Assembly (NCBI GenBank): GCA_964522375.1
Contig: CAZFVB010000004.1
Location: 24,528-79,335, forward strand
Reading direction: 5' to 3'
From: an uncultured Chloroflexota bacterium
GTDB lineage: Bacteria > Chloroflexota > UBA11872
DNA: 54,808 nt
Below the pieces are notes generated by a model. The model ran no database searches. It worked only from the letters and a program-made list of their open reading frames with translations, and was not told where the DNA came from. Positions 10,279 to 20,516 of this stretch are shown here, piece by piece (the stretch's first letter is position 1; every line of letters begins with the position of its first letter). The position numbers and the translations under genes were made by a program.

Positions 10279-11154
10279 ATGTCAGCGATTGACGCCGAGC
10301 AGTCCTTTAAGGACTTGGGCAACGCGATCATTAAAGGTGAAGCCGAGGCTGTAGTAACGATCGTTAATGATTGTCTTGCTGCTGATATTGGGGCTTCAGA
10401 GATCATCAATGAAGGCATGATCCCGGGAATGGATGTCGTTGGGGAGCTTTTTCGTACCAACCAGTACTACGTACCTGAGGTTCTCATCTCTGCCCGTGCA
10501 ATGAAGGGTGGCATGGCCATTCTCCGGCCAATCCTCGCCGAAACAGGTGTGCCGCCTGTAGGTGAGGTGGTTATTGGTACGGTTCGCGGGGATTTGCATG
10601 ACATTGGAAAGAATCTTGTTGCGATGATGCTGGAAGGTGCAGGTTTTTCGGTCCACGATACCGGCATCGATACACACCCAGATGAGTATGTGCAGACATC
10701 TGTTCAGAACGATGCCAACATCATTGGCATGTCGGCCTTGCTGACGACGACGATGACTAACATGCGCAACACCATTGAAGCCGTAGAGGCCGCGGGCCTG
10801 GCTGACAAGGTTCACTGTATTGTCGGAGGTGCCCCTGTCACTCAACGATATGCGGACGAAATCGGTGCGGATGGATACGCGGCTGACGCAGCCTCAGCCG
10901 TCATTTTGGCCAAGAGGCTCCGGGGTGTTTTGGGCAGTGATGATGATGGGGAGGACATGGGGCGGGCGCTGTATCTCCAGGCTCGAGACGCATTGCAGGT
11001 GGCAGTTCGTGAAGAGCCTGGAACTGATTCTCATTCGGAGGGTTTAATGGAAGCCGAGGGTCTAGTGGAACAGGCTCGTGCGGCCGGTTATGAATTGACC
11101 CACATCGATCGAATCATGGCCGAGATTGATCGGGAGAAACAGCGCACCGTATAA
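10279..11154 (+). CDS. Corrinoid (cobalamin-binding) methyl-carrier protein, MtbC/MttC/MetH-cap type, with a C-terminal extension
   Basis: Four-helix cap (GMDVVGELF...YYVPEVLISARAM) plus B12-binding domain with DxHxxG (GDLHDIGKNLV) and GMSALLTTTM. Start moved to ATG 10279, preceded by AAGGAAGGA. About 77 extra C-terminal residues. Confidence 0.92.
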   Translation: MSAIDAEQSFKDLGNAIIKGEAEAVVTIVNDCLAADIGASEIINEGMIPGMDVVGELFRTNQYYVPEVLISARAMKGGMAILRPILAETGVPPVGEVVIGTVRGDLHDIGKNLVAMMLEGAGFSVHDTGIDTHPDEYVQTSVQNDANIIGMSALLTTTMTNMRNTIEAVEAAGLADKVHCIVGGAPVTQRYADEIGADGYAADAASAVILAKRLRGVLGSDDDGEDMGRALYLQARDALQVAVREEPGTDSHSEGLMEAEGLVEQARAAGYELTHIDRIMAEIDREKQRTV

Positions 11155-11159
11155 ATGCG

Positions 11160-12023
11160 CTACGTCCTTGATGACGTAAGGCCTATTCTTGCCGCAGTGC
11201 CTCCTAGGAGATCTGCGAGGTCACTGGGGTTAAGTTTGCTGTTCTCTGCATGTCGCAATGCTTGTGCCTGATTAATTAACGGGTAATCACTACCGAACAA
11301 GAGTTTTCCAGGTGCAAGTGACGACATCACATGGAAAACCTTCTGGTTATAGACAAGATGGCTAGCCGAAGAGTCATAGAAGACGTTTTCTGTCTGTTTG
11401 TGTATTTCGGGTATCAACTCGTGGATCGCTAGCCCAATACCCCAGTGAGCCAAGATGACTGGTATAGCCCCCTCAGTTGCATCAATTAGGTTCCAAATTG
11501 CCGGAGCTGTAGTAGTGCTGTCCTTACCGGGATAGTTATGGCCAAGCAATTCACTGGTATGGACAAGCAACACCATTCGGAAGTGCTTTGCGACATCCAC
11601 AAATTGGTGAACCCTCGTTCTATCGAAAAGGTTCCAGCCTTGACCCTGTGGAAACAATTCCCCGACCCCGACGGCGCCACGGGCGTAACAGCGCTCCACT
11701 TCCTGGACGCAGAAATCAATGTCGTTAGGAGGGGCTACACAGAAAGGAATGATCCGACCGTTTGATGACGCTGCGGCATCCAGGATGTAATCGTTATGCA
11801 TTTGGCACAGGCCCGCATCTCTCCATGCAAAACCGAAAGCAACGCTGGCGTCAACACCCGCGTTATCCATGGACGCTATTAGGGCCTCACCGTTGGCCAG
11901 TTTGTGCCGACCGTTTTGGTAGAGGCGTCGAAACCATAGATCCGCACCAAAGTAACGGTCTCGATGCTCTGCAATGTCAGGCGGAAAGATATGAGTGTGA
12001 GTGTCAATACGTGGAGTTGTCAT
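11160..12023 (-). CDS. Amidohydrolase-family (Amidohydro_2) metal-dependent TIM-barrel hydrolase
   Basis: IDTHTH (HxH), GVGEL, VLLVH, ILAHWG and LLFGSDYP motifs. Confidence 0.88.
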   Translation of the reverse strand: MTTPRIDTHTHIFPPDIAEHRDRYFGADLWFRRLYQNGRHKLANGEALIASMDNAGVDASVAFGFAWRDAGLCQMHNDYILDAAASSNGRIIPFCVAPPNDIDFCVQEVERCYARGAVGVGELFPQGQGWNLFDRTRVHQFVDVAKHFRMVLLVHTSELLGHNYPGKDSTTTAPAIWNLIDATEGAIPVILAHWGIGLAIHELIPEIHKQTENVFYDSSASHLVYNQKVFHVMSSLAPGKLLFGSDYPLINQAQALRHAENSKLNPSDLADLLGGTAARIGLTSSRT

Positions 12024-12204
12024 GCACGCCTATATTTCGGGCCACGACTGCATCGTTTCGACAATTAGGGTCCCTGTCCGCCTCGTGTCTTATCTGGGTT
12101 AGCCGATATCTTTTGTTGTTGGAAATAAGCGCCAGCCTAAGTATGCATGTGTGTTGGGTGCCACTAGTGCTTCGAAGGAAGCTTGCCACTATACTCGCAG
12201 TGTA

Positions 12205-12813
12205 ATGAGAGCATTCATTGCAATTAGAATTCCGTTACAGTTCCGAGAGGCGTTAGCTGGTGAGGCTGCCAGCCTCGTTCAAATCAGCCGTCACACCCGA
12301 CCTGTCACGGTCGGAAATATCCATTTGACTCTAGCCTTTCTTGGAAATGTTTCCTCACAAAGCAGTGACAGTGTTATGTCAGCCATGGAAACAGCAGCTA
12401 CTGGGTTTAAACCTTTACGTCTTGGATTCGACTCGGGTGGAACATTCCCGTTATACGGGGTTCCCCGTATCGGGTGGGTGGGTGTAACTGGTGACCTGGA
12501 ACCTCTTCGCGAGGTTCAAGGGGCGATCACTGAAGCCATGCGAGGTATTGGAATCCGTGTCGATAAACGGCCGTTTAGCCCACATGTAACCCTCGCACGT
12601 ATTGGACGACAAGCTACACCATCAGAACGAATTGCCGTGAGGCGAGGACTGGAGGCTCTGGATCTTAACCATCTTGGTCAGTTCGTGGCCTATGGGATTA
12701 GTTTTATAGAAAGTGATCTAACGCTTGATGGCGCCGCCCATCAAGAGTTGTTCGAAATAGAGTTCAGGCCGGGCCGGGTTACGAGAAAACGGCGACGATT
12801 CGGGCTGTTCTAA
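12205..12813 (+). CDS. thpR: RNA 2',3'-cyclic phosphodiesterase (2H phosphoesterase, LigT/ThpR)
   Basis: MRAFIAI start at ATG 12205. Two HxT motifs (IHLTLAFLG, PHVTLAR). Confidence 0.93.
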   Translation: MRAFIAIRIPLQFREALAGEAASLVQISRHTRPVTVGNIHLTLAFLGNVSSQSSDSVMSAMETAATGFKPLRLGFDSGGTFPLYGVPRIGWVGVTGDLEPLREVQGAITEAMRGIGIRVDKRPFSPHVTLARIGRQATPSERIAVRRGLEALDLNHLGQFVAYGISFIESDLTLDGAAHQELFEIEFRPGRVTRKRRRFGLF

Positions 12814-14423
12814 ATGGTTTGACCGGTTTTGTTGGGGGGTCCCCATCCGCCACCGCCAGGGGTGTCAATACGGATCCGGTCTCCGGCTTCAAGGGAGAAC
12901 GTTGTCTTGCCGGGCAGCTTTTGACTCCGTCCCGATCTTCGAGTGACCTTGTTAAGCCCGCAGTTCCCAGGTTGACCGCCAGCGGACCCCCATGGAGGTC
13001 GCAAGCGACGCTCAGTAATAACGGTGGCTACTGACGGCACAAGTGCGACCAATTCCCGGATAATGCCAGACCCTCCGACGTGGCGTCCCGAGCCTCCCGA
13101 CGCACGACGCAATTCATATCGCTTTGCCAACAACGGGTAAGCCAGCTCCAGAGCTTCAATTGGTGTATTCCTGGTATTAGTCATCGCTACTTGAATGCCA
13201 TCAGCCCCTGGCCCAAATGGACCGCCACCGGACCCTCCACCTATTGTTTCGTAGTACGAAAACGGCCTGTTTCGAATAGAGTCATAACCACCAATGATTA
13301 GGTTGTTCATCGTTCCTTGGCTAGCCGCAGGGATCACGTCCGGCAGCGCCTGCGAGAGAGCTCCCCAGATCGTGTCAACGATGCGCTGTGATGTCTCAAC
13401 ATTCCCCGCAGAAACCGCGTGTGGAGAGCGAGGGGCCAACAATGAATCCGGTGGAATGGTAAAGGTAAGTGCGGCAGCGACGCCTTCATTTGCAGGGACG
13501 TCTGCTCCCATTAAGCAACGCGCAACATAGATCGCAGCAGAGTGTGTAACTGACTCTGGAGCATTCATTGCCCCAGCTACGGCTGCCGTAGTTCCTGAAA
13601 AGTCGAAATGCAAACGCCCCTCGTCGACGGAAAGTAGGAGCGAGATTTTCGCGGGCTCGCCACCAAGTCCATCGTCATCCAAGAAGTCCGAAAAACCATA
13701 CGAGCCATTGGGGATGCGTTTGAGACGGGTCTGGGCAAGCCGTTGTGTGTACTCAAGTAAGGTCTTGGCTTTTTCAGTCAACGTTTGAGCACCGTATCGA
13801 TCAGCCAACGCGGCAATACGGGATTCTCCAATTTGATGGGAAGCTAATTGTGCCGAGAGATCACCTGAACGTTCGTCCGGTGTCCTTACATTCCTGCAAA
13901 TTATTTCGACGAGCTGGGTGTCTAGGACGCCCGCGTCTACCAACTTCAACGGGGGGATGACTAAACCCTCGTGAAAAATCTCTGTGCTTGGTGGCATGGA
14001 CCCTGGTGCCATCCCGCCGATATCAGCATGATGAGCACGAGTCGCAACCCACCCCCACTGAGTTTTCGAGGTCCGACGACCGACGAAAACTGGAGAGACT
14101 GTTGTGATGTCAGGGAGGTGGGTGCCCCCCATGTAAGGATCGTTCAGAATTAGCACGTCCCCTGAAGCAGGCTTGGCCTTCCCATAACTCTCAATTGCCG
14201 CGGAGACAGAAGCAGGCATCGATCCCAGATGGACTGGTATATGTGCGGCCTGAGCAAGCATTTTCCCCGAACGATCAAAAATCGCGCACGAGTGATCTAA
14301 CCGCTCCTTAATATTCGGTGAATAGGAGCTTTGTTGAACGGAAACACCCATCTCTTCAGCGACAGACGTGAAAAGATGGTTGAACACCTCGATGTCAAAG
14401 GTTTTGGAGCGGTCGGTTGTCAT
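12810..14423 (-). CDS. Hydantoinase B / 5-oxoprolinase family subunit
   Basis: SPNIKERLDHSCA, HIPVHLGSM, NDPYMGGTHLPD, HHADIGG and GTMNN motifs. Start taken at ATG 14423 (the track extends it to 14462). Confidence 0.93.
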   Translation of the reverse strand: MTTDRSKTFDIEVFNHLFTSVAEEMGVSVQQSSYSPNIKERLDHSCAIFDRSGKMLAQAAHIPVHLGSMPASVSAAIESYGKAKPASGDVLILNDPYMGGTHLPDITTVSPVFVGRRTSKTQWGWVATRAHHADIGGMAPGSMPPSTEIFHEGLVIPPLKLVDAGVLDTQLVEIICRNVRTPDERSGDLSAQLASHQIGESRIAALADRYGAQTLTEKAKTLLEYTQRLAQTRLKRIPNGSYGFSDFLDDDGLGGEPAKISLLLSVDEGRLHFDFSGTTAAVAGAMNAPESVTHSAAIYVARCLMGADVPANEGVAAALTFTIPPDSLLAPRSPHAVSAGNVETSQRIVDTIWGALSQALPDVIPAASQGTMNNLIIGGYDSIRNRPFSYYETIGGGSGGGPFGPGADGIQVAMTNTRNTPIEALELAYPLLAKRYELRRASGGSGRHVGGSGIIRELVALVPSVATVITERRLRPPWGSAGGQPGNCGLNKVTRRSGRSQKLPGKTTFSLEAGDRIRIDTPGGGGWGPPNKTGQTI

Positions 14424-14508
14424 TGGGCCAGCATACAGCCAAGGACGATGGGCCTCGTTCAAAGAAGGTGCTCAGCGTTATAATCAACTTTTAGCCAGAT
14501 TTGGATCG

Positions 14509-14940
14509 ATGCCCAAGAGTTGGCAAGAAGAAGTTCAAGAAATCCTGGATGATTCGGCTCGCCGGCCTGCACGGCGTTCCCCCAATCTCCCTGACAACAT
14601 TCAGGGCCCGACGGCCCTTCTGGATTCACTAGGTCAATGGGTCAGACGACGATTTGCGACCACTGGGGAGATGCTTGTTACAGCCGCTGTCTTAATCGTG
14701 CTTGCCATGTTCCTTTCAATCTTCCTGCGGCAGTTAGCTTCAATCGTAGTTGTTGGGGGCGCGATGGTTTTCGCGGGTGCGTTGGCTCGAGGCATTTTCG
14801 AGCGTCGAGGTGCTCGCTATGAAGCCCGGCGGTCCAAGGGTCCAGTAATGTGGCGCGGTCGAGTAATTGAGTCTCCACGACAGCCAGGATCATTTCCTCA
14901 TCGTGTATGGAATGCGCTCCGCCGTGTGTGGAAGCGCTAA
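14509..14940 (+). CDS. Hypothetical membrane protein (two predicted TM helices)
   Basis: ATG 14509, with TATAAT at 14479-14484 upstream. Hydrophobic pair MLVTAAVLIVLAMFLSIFL / LASIVVVGGAMVFAGALA. Co-oriented with the yhaM-like gene. Confidence 0.65.
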   Translation: MPKSWQEEVQEILDDSARRPARRSPNLPDNIQGPTALLDSLGQWVRRRFATTGEMLVTAAVLIVLAMFLSIFLRQLASIVVVGGAMVFAGALARGIFERRGARYEARRSKGPVMWRGRVIESPRQPGSFPHRVWNALRRVWKR

Positions 14941-14958
14941 TTAAGGTGCTTGTCCCCT

Positions 14959-15900
14959 ATGAATATTTCTGAGATTTCCGCGGGAGATCTTGTCCACGGT
15001 GTCTTTCTGGTCGCCGACGTAGATGTGCGAGAGACACGCAACGGGAATCCATATCTTCGGATGACCTTGCGGGATCGTGAAGGTGAACGTATCGACGGCC
15101 TATTCTTTGGAGTATCCGAAAGGGACATTTCGGCCGTTAGCAGCGGGAAAGCGTTTGAGGTTGACGGAGAAGCCGACGAATACCGAAATCGAGTAAACGT
15201 CAAAATCAACAGCATGCGTATTTCTGAAGAAGTTTGGGATGCCGAAGCGTATTTGCCGCAATCAACACAAGACCCTGAATCTCTACTTGCCTTCGTATCT
15301 GAAACTGTCGACAGCATCACATCATCGGAGATTCGTAACGTCATCCGCACCGTTCTCTCAGATCCTGAAGTGAGGAGTCGCTTGACCCGATGGCCGGCGG
15401 CGAAAACCCGCCATCACGCTTGGCTTGGAGGCCTCCTTGAGCATACCGTTGAGATGCTCAAGATTGCTGGCGCGGTTGCAGCAGCGTTCCCGAAGCTTGA
15501 CCGTGACCTTCTTCTTGCCGGGGTGGTTCTGCACGATCTAGGCAAGCTGTATGAACTGGGGCTAGCAGCAGATATCGAGTACACAATTCCTGGAAATCTC
15601 GAAGGGCATATGGTGCAAGGTGTTCAGATACTTGACCGTGCTTTGTCAGAAAACTCTGTGGAAGAAGAGATTCAGACGCTGTTGCGCCATCTGGTTCTAA
15701 GCCATCAAGGCCAATTGGACTACGCGGCAGTTGTTGAACCGATGATCCCGGAGGCCATAGCGCTCCATTACATCGACCAGCTTTCTTCACAGGTTCGACC
15801 AGCGATAGAAGATATTCATGCTGCCGAAAAGAAAGGTGTTCACGGGGCATTCATTCGTGGACAAACAGCAATGCGATCCCTGTATGTTCGTTCAGAATAG
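14959..15900 (+). CDS. yhaM: 3'-5' exoribonuclease YhaM/Cbf1 family (OB fold plus HD domain)
   Basis: N-terminal OB fold (GNPYLRMTLRDREG), HHAWLGGLLEHT, LHDLGK (HD) and PEAIALHYID motifs. Confidence 0.88.
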   Translation: MNISEISAGDLVHGVFLVADVDVRETRNGNPYLRMTLRDREGERIDGLFFGVSERDISAVSSGKAFEVDGEADEYRNRVNVKINSMRISEEVWDAEAYLPQSTQDPESLLAFVSETVDSITSSEIRNVIRTVLSDPEVRSRLTRWPAAKTRHHAWLGGLLEHTVEMLKIAGAVAAAFPKLDRDLLLAGVVLHDLGKLYELGLAADIEYTIPGNLEGHMVQGVQILDRALSENSVEEEIQTLLRHLVLSHQGQLDYAAVVEPMIPEAIALHYIDQLSSQVRPAIEDIHAAEKKGVHGAFIRGQTAMRSLYVRSE

Positions 15901-15937
15901 GTGGCTCCCAGTTCCGTAGAAGCATTCTGGGAACTAT

Positions 15938-18601
15938 CTATCCTTTGAGGGCTTCCATTCGCTCCTTAACCTGTCCCACTCGATTGCGAGCCGCTTCGGC
16001 ACGCTGCTTTTCCTTGAGGATCACGGCTTCGGGTGCTCGTGCTAGAAAGTTTTCATTGGCGAGCAATTCTTCGGCACGTCCTAGCGTTTCCTGAGCCTCG
16101 GCCAATTCTCGGGCCAAACGCTTTTGCTCGGTGGCGAGATCGACCAAGCCTGAGACAGGAAGCGTAACTTCTGCACCGCTAGCCCGCACTGTGAGTGCTG
16201 GATCCTCGAATGTTGTGTCTGAGGGATGGAAGGTCAGAGGGCGAACACGAGCCATTCGTTCAATCGTTAACGCCTCTTGCTGCAATTCGATGGCGCCACC
16301 TGCTATTCGCGCCTCAATCTCCCGTGCTGGATCGACATCAGCTTCATGTCGGGCATTCCGAATACCCTGAATAACCTCAATTACACCTCGGATCCTCGCG
16401 ATGGATGCAAGGTCGATGTCTGTAGACGGTTCACATATTTCGGCTCCAATCAGGAGCTTTGATCCATCTGGCTCAGCACCAGCAGCGCGAAAATGGGTCC
16501 AAATCTCCTCGGTGACAAACGGCATGAAGGGGTGGAGCAGCCTCAACATACAGCCAAGAACATCTTTAAGGGTTGTGGCAACACGGGCCATTGCGGCTTC
16601 ATCTTCGCCGTACAGTCGAATCTTTGCTGCTTCGACATACCAGTCAAAAACTTCGCTCCAAAGGTAATCCTGCAGTGCTCTGCCTGCTTCTCCAAACCGG
16701 AAGCGGTCGATGTCGTCCACAACTTCGGCGTGCACTTGGTGCATCCTGCTAGTGATCCAGCGATCAAGAGCCGTTGAAGCTGCGGGAGATACTGACCCGG
16801 CTCGTTCCATTGCGGAAATAACAAATTTGGCCCCGTTCCATAGCTTGTTAGCAAAGTGTCCGGAGCGCTCAATGCGTTCGAAATTGAGACGCATGTCGTT
16901 TCCGGCGGTACTTCCAGTAACGAAGGCAAGCCGCATCGCATCCACCCCATAACGATCGATGGTTTCAGCGGGGTCGTCTCCGGCTTGATAGTTTGATTTC
17001 TGGACTTTGGTTCCGTCGAGATGGCGTACAAGGCCGTGGAGATATACGTCACGGAATGGAACATCGCCGGTGAGCTCAAGACCTAACATGACCATTCGGG
17101 CGACCCAGAAAAAGATGATGTCATACCCTGTTTCCAGTACATCTGTGGGGTAAAAACGACGCATGTCGGCCGTGTCCTCTGGCCAACCTAGCGTTGAGAA
17201 TGGCCAGAGGCCTGAGCTGAACCATGTGTCGAGAACGTCTTGATCTTGCTCAAGATTTAGGCCCCCGCATGCATGGCATACATTTGGTTCTTCTCGAGCA
17301 ACAATTACTTCAGAACAATCTTGGCAATACCAGACGGGAAGGCGATGGCCCAGCCACAATTGCCGGGAAATGCACCATGGCTGAATGTCCTCCATCCACC
17401 GCAGGAACTCATCCTTGAATCTAGGGGGATGAAACTTGATTGTTTCTTGATTTACAGCGGCTGCAGCGGCAGCGGCCATAGACGTTACATCTACAAACCA
17501 TTGTTCTGAAACGAGAGGCTCAATGACGGCGCCATCTCTGGAGCAATGGCCAACCGAATGTTCATGTGCTTCCTCTCGCTCTAGCAGGCCTTCTTCTTTC
17601 AGAAATGAAAGGTATTCGCCACGGGCGACCAGTCGATCTTTTCCGGCCCACTTCCCAGCTTCTTCATTTAGAGAGCCATCACCGTTCATAATATTTATGA
17701 CGGGCAGTTTATGCCGCTGCCCTATAGCCCAGTCATTGGGGTCATGCCCGGGTGTAACTTTCACAGCTCCGGATCCAAATTCTGGGTCCACGAAACTGTC
17801 TGCGATGACAGGGATCTCTCGTCCGACTCCTGGTACAACCGCATGCTCACCGACCACGGAGGTATACCTTTCGTCGTCTGGATGCACTGCTATCGCGGTG
17901 TCACCGAGCATAGTCTCTGGCCGCGTCGTCGCCACCGTAACGTACGTGCCGTTCGCCAGGGGATAGCGAATATGCCAGAGGCTGCCAGGGACATCGTGGT
18001 ATTCCACCTCAAGATCGCTTATTGCGGACTGGTCCTCTGGACACCAATTAACCAAGTACGCTCCTCGATAAACAAGCTTCCGTTCATAGAGCCGTACGAA
18101 GGCTTCACGAACAGCGCGGGATAATTGCTCGTCAAGGGTGAAGTGCTCGCGCGTCCAGTCAACTGAAGCGCCAAGTCGACGCAACTGATCATTGATCGTC
18201 CCCCCCACCGAAGCCTTCCAGTCCCAGAATCTTTCTTCGAAGGCTTGCCGGCCAAGTTGGTGTCGCGTAGTCCCCTCTTCACTGAGATTGCGTTCGATAA
18301 CATTTTGGGTCGCGATAGCGGCATGGTCAGTTCCTGGAATCCAAAGGGCAGCTCGACCTCGCATCCGGTGCCACCTCGTCATTAAGTCCTGGTACGCGAC
18401 AAAAAGGACATGGCCGTTGTGCAGCTGGCCAGTGATATTGGGCGGTGGGATAGCGATAGTGAAGGGTTGGCGATCAGCTTCCGGCGATGGTTGGAAGTAA
18501 CCCGCAGTCTCCCATTCCGCGTACAGCCGGGCTTCTACCGAGCTATGGTCAAATGGCCCGTTCATGGCATCGAGCACCGACATCTTGTGCTCGGACGTCA
18601 T
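15938..18601 (-). CDS. valS: Valine--tRNA ligase
   Basis: PPPNITG, DHAAIATQ, ATTRPETMLGD, WCISRQLWLGH, DVLDTWFSS, C-terminal coiled coil. Start at ATG 18601 after GGGAG. The HIGH and KMSKS motifs are variant (HNGH, KVQKS). Confidence 0.97.
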   Translation of the reverse strand: MTSEHKMSVLDAMNGPFDHSSVEARLYAEWETAGYFQPSPEADRQPFTIAIPPPNITGQLHNGHVLFVAYQDLMTRWHRMRGRAALWIPGTDHAAIATQNVIERNLSEEGTTRHQLGRQAFEERFWDWKASVGGTINDQLRRLGASVDWTREHFTLDEQLSRAVREAFVRLYERKLVYRGAYLVNWCPEDQSAISDLEVEYHDVPGSLWHIRYPLANGTYVTVATTRPETMLGDTAIAVHPDDERYTSVVGEHAVVPGVGREIPVIADSFVDPEFGSGAVKVTPGHDPNDWAIGQRHKLPVINIMNGDGSLNEEAGKWAGKDRLVARGEYLSFLKEEGLLEREEAHEHSVGHCSRDGAVIEPLVSEQWFVDVTSMAAAAAAAVNQETIKFHPPRFKDEFLRWMEDIQPWCISRQLWLGHRLPVWYCQDCSEVIVAREEPNVCHACGGLNLEQDQDVLDTWFSSGLWPFSTLGWPEDTADMRRFYPTDVLETGYDIIFFWVARMVMLGLELTGDVPFRDVYLHGLVRHLDGTKVQKSNYQAGDDPAETIDRYGVDAMRLAFVTGSTAGNDMRLNFERIERSGHFANKLWNGAKFVISAMERAGSVSPAASTALDRWITSRMHQVHAEVVDDIDRFRFGEAGRALQDYLWSEVFDWYVEAAKIRLYGEDEAAMARVATTLKDVLGCMLRLLHPFMPFVTEEIWTHFRAAGAEPDGSKLLIGAEICEPSTDIDLASIARIRGVIEVIQGIRNARHEADVDPAREIEARIAGGAIELQQEALTIERMARVRPLTFHPSDTTFEDPALTVRASGAEVTLPVSGLVDLATEQKRLARELAEAQETLGRAEELLANENFLARAPEAVILKEKQRAEAARNRVGQVKERMEALKG

Positions 18602-18746
18602 TGGTATCTCCCACAAGTATCGACCCGGAACAGGTCCAGAAACGAACATCCTACCTGTGGCATAGGTCCAGTCCTACATTTAAGCACCCTTGCATCGACG
18701 ATTATTTGTCCAAAACTTTGTAGCACGGTTGCCAGGCCTTTGTTGA

Positions 18747-20516
18747 TCAGATCCGTGCTTGTGCAGTGTGAAGTTCGTAATAAGCGCCTGGCTGCGACAC
18801 CAGTTCATCGTGGGTTCCCTGTTGAACGATTTGGCCGTTCTCCAGCACTAAAATGACATCCGCATTGCGAATGGTTGAGAGTCGGTGCGCAATTACAAAA
18901 CTAGTCCGATTCGCAAGGACGTTTACCAGGGCTTTTTGAATCTCATACTCGGACTCGGTATCAATATCCGATGTAGCTTCGTCAAGGATGAGGATGGCTG
19001 GATCAGCCACGATTGCCCGCGCTAGCGCGATTCGTTGTTGCTGTCCGCGTGACAAGCGAAGACCGCCATCACCAACCCCTGTATGAATCCCGTCCTTTAA
19101 AGCGTGAACAAACTCACTGGCGCTGGCCAGAGATACGGCGTGTTGCACTTCTTCGTCAGAGGCCATCGGATTCCCATAGCGAATGTTGTCCGCAATAGTC
19201 CCGGAAAAGAGAAACGTTTCTTGGGGGACGTAGGCCAATTCGCTTCGCAGCGTATTGATGCGTAGATCGTTGAGACGTTTCCCATCAATCAATATTTCCC
19301 CCTGGCTTGGTTCATAGAATCTGGCAATGAGGCCTACCAATGTGGTCTTGCCAGAACCTGTTGAGCCAACCAGAGCAACTGTCTGTCCAGCCTTTGCCAC
19401 GAAGGAGACTTCCGTCAGCACCGGGGTGATCCGGTCATAGCTAAAGCTCACCTGCTTAAATTCAACCTTGCCTGTGGGCGCGACCAGATCCTGCGCATCC
19501 GGCCGGTCGACAATGTCCTGGGGTACATCCATGAACTGAAAGATTCGATCTGCTGCAGCCAGGCCGGACTGGATCACATAGTTCACACGAACAAGCTCCG
19601 TTAGTGGCTGATGGAAAATTTGCAAATAGGCGAGGAAGGCAATCAGGGTTCCTGGTGTCATTTCTCCCAAGGTGATCTGCCATCCCCCATACCCAAGGAT
19701 CGCCGCCACGCTTAGTGCGCTTAAGCCTTCAATCAACGGGGTTGCTATCGATTCAACCGTTGTCGTCCGTAGATTAGCCTGCAGGTTTTCTCGATTTTCG
19801 GTCTGGAAGCGCTCCGTGTCCGCTTCCTCACGCGCAAATGCTCGACTAACCCTCACCCCACTGACATTTTCCTCTATTGCCGTATTGATATTGGCAATCG
19901 ATTCCTGCACACGACGATATCGGACACGCAATAGTCGTGCGGTGATCATGCTGGTGAGCACCATGAGAGGGACCACCGACAGGATTATGAGGGTCAACCT
20001 CCATTCGAGCGTCAACATGACTACCAGGTAAATAAGCAGCGTGATTAACCCAACGCCAGCTCCGAGAACCTGTCCTTGCATGGCTTGCTGGACTGCGTTT
20101 ACATCAGCTGTCAGATGGGAGACCGTGTCGCCTGTTCGTTGAGTCTCGAAAAAACGCATCGAATGCCGGACCATTCGATGAAACATGTCTCGTGCGACCT
20201 CGTAGACGATTTGTTGGCTTGTACGACCGAACAAGTAGAAATTGATGTAGTTGAGAATTGACCTGCAGACGTAGACCAGGATTAACACGCCCGCGAGCCG
20301 GAGCGCCCCGGCGGCATCTCCTTGGGCAATGAAGTCATCTACTACGATTTTTGTCATCCATGGCGGTACGAGATTGACAAGAGCTGCAATGGAAAGAGCA
20401 CCGAAGGCCAGAGCCACCTTTCGACGGTGAGGCCGCACGTATTTTAAGAATCGACGCAGGGTTCCTGCGACCGCCCGACCGGACAAGTTCGAAGTGTCGA
20501 CATGGGTGGTGCGCAT
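18747..20516 (-). CDS. ABC exporter, fused permease/ATPase (heterodimer partner)
   Basis: Six-TM domain plus Walker A GSTGSGKT, variant signature LSRGQQQR and Walker B ILILDEATS. Confidence 0.93.
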   Translation of the reverse strand: MRTTHVDTSNLSGRAVAGTLRRFLKYVRPHRRKVALAFGALSIAALVNLVPPWMTKIVVDDFIAQGDAAGALRLAGVLILVYVCRSILNYINFYLFGRTSQQIVYEVARDMFHRMVRHSMRFFETQRTGDTVSHLTADVNAVQQAMQGQVLGAGVGLITLLIYLVVMLTLEWRLTLIILSVVPLMVLTSMITARLLRVRYRRVQESIANINTAIEENVSGVRVSRAFAREEADTERFQTENRENLQANLRTTTVESIATPLIEGLSALSVAAILGYGGWQITLGEMTPGTLIAFLAYLQIFHQPLTELVRVNYVIQSGLAAADRIFQFMDVPQDIVDRPDAQDLVAPTGKVEFKQVSFSYDRITPVLTEVSFVAKAGQTVALVGSTGSGKTTLVGLIARFYEPSQGEILIDGKRLNDLRINTLRSELAYVPQETFLFSGTIADNIRYGNPMASDEEVQHAVSLASASEFVHALKDGIHTGVGDGGLRLSRGQQQRIALARAIVADPAILILDEATSDIDTESEYEIQKALVNVLANRTSFVIAHRLSTIRNADVILVLENGQIVQQGTHDELVSQPGAYYELHTAQARI

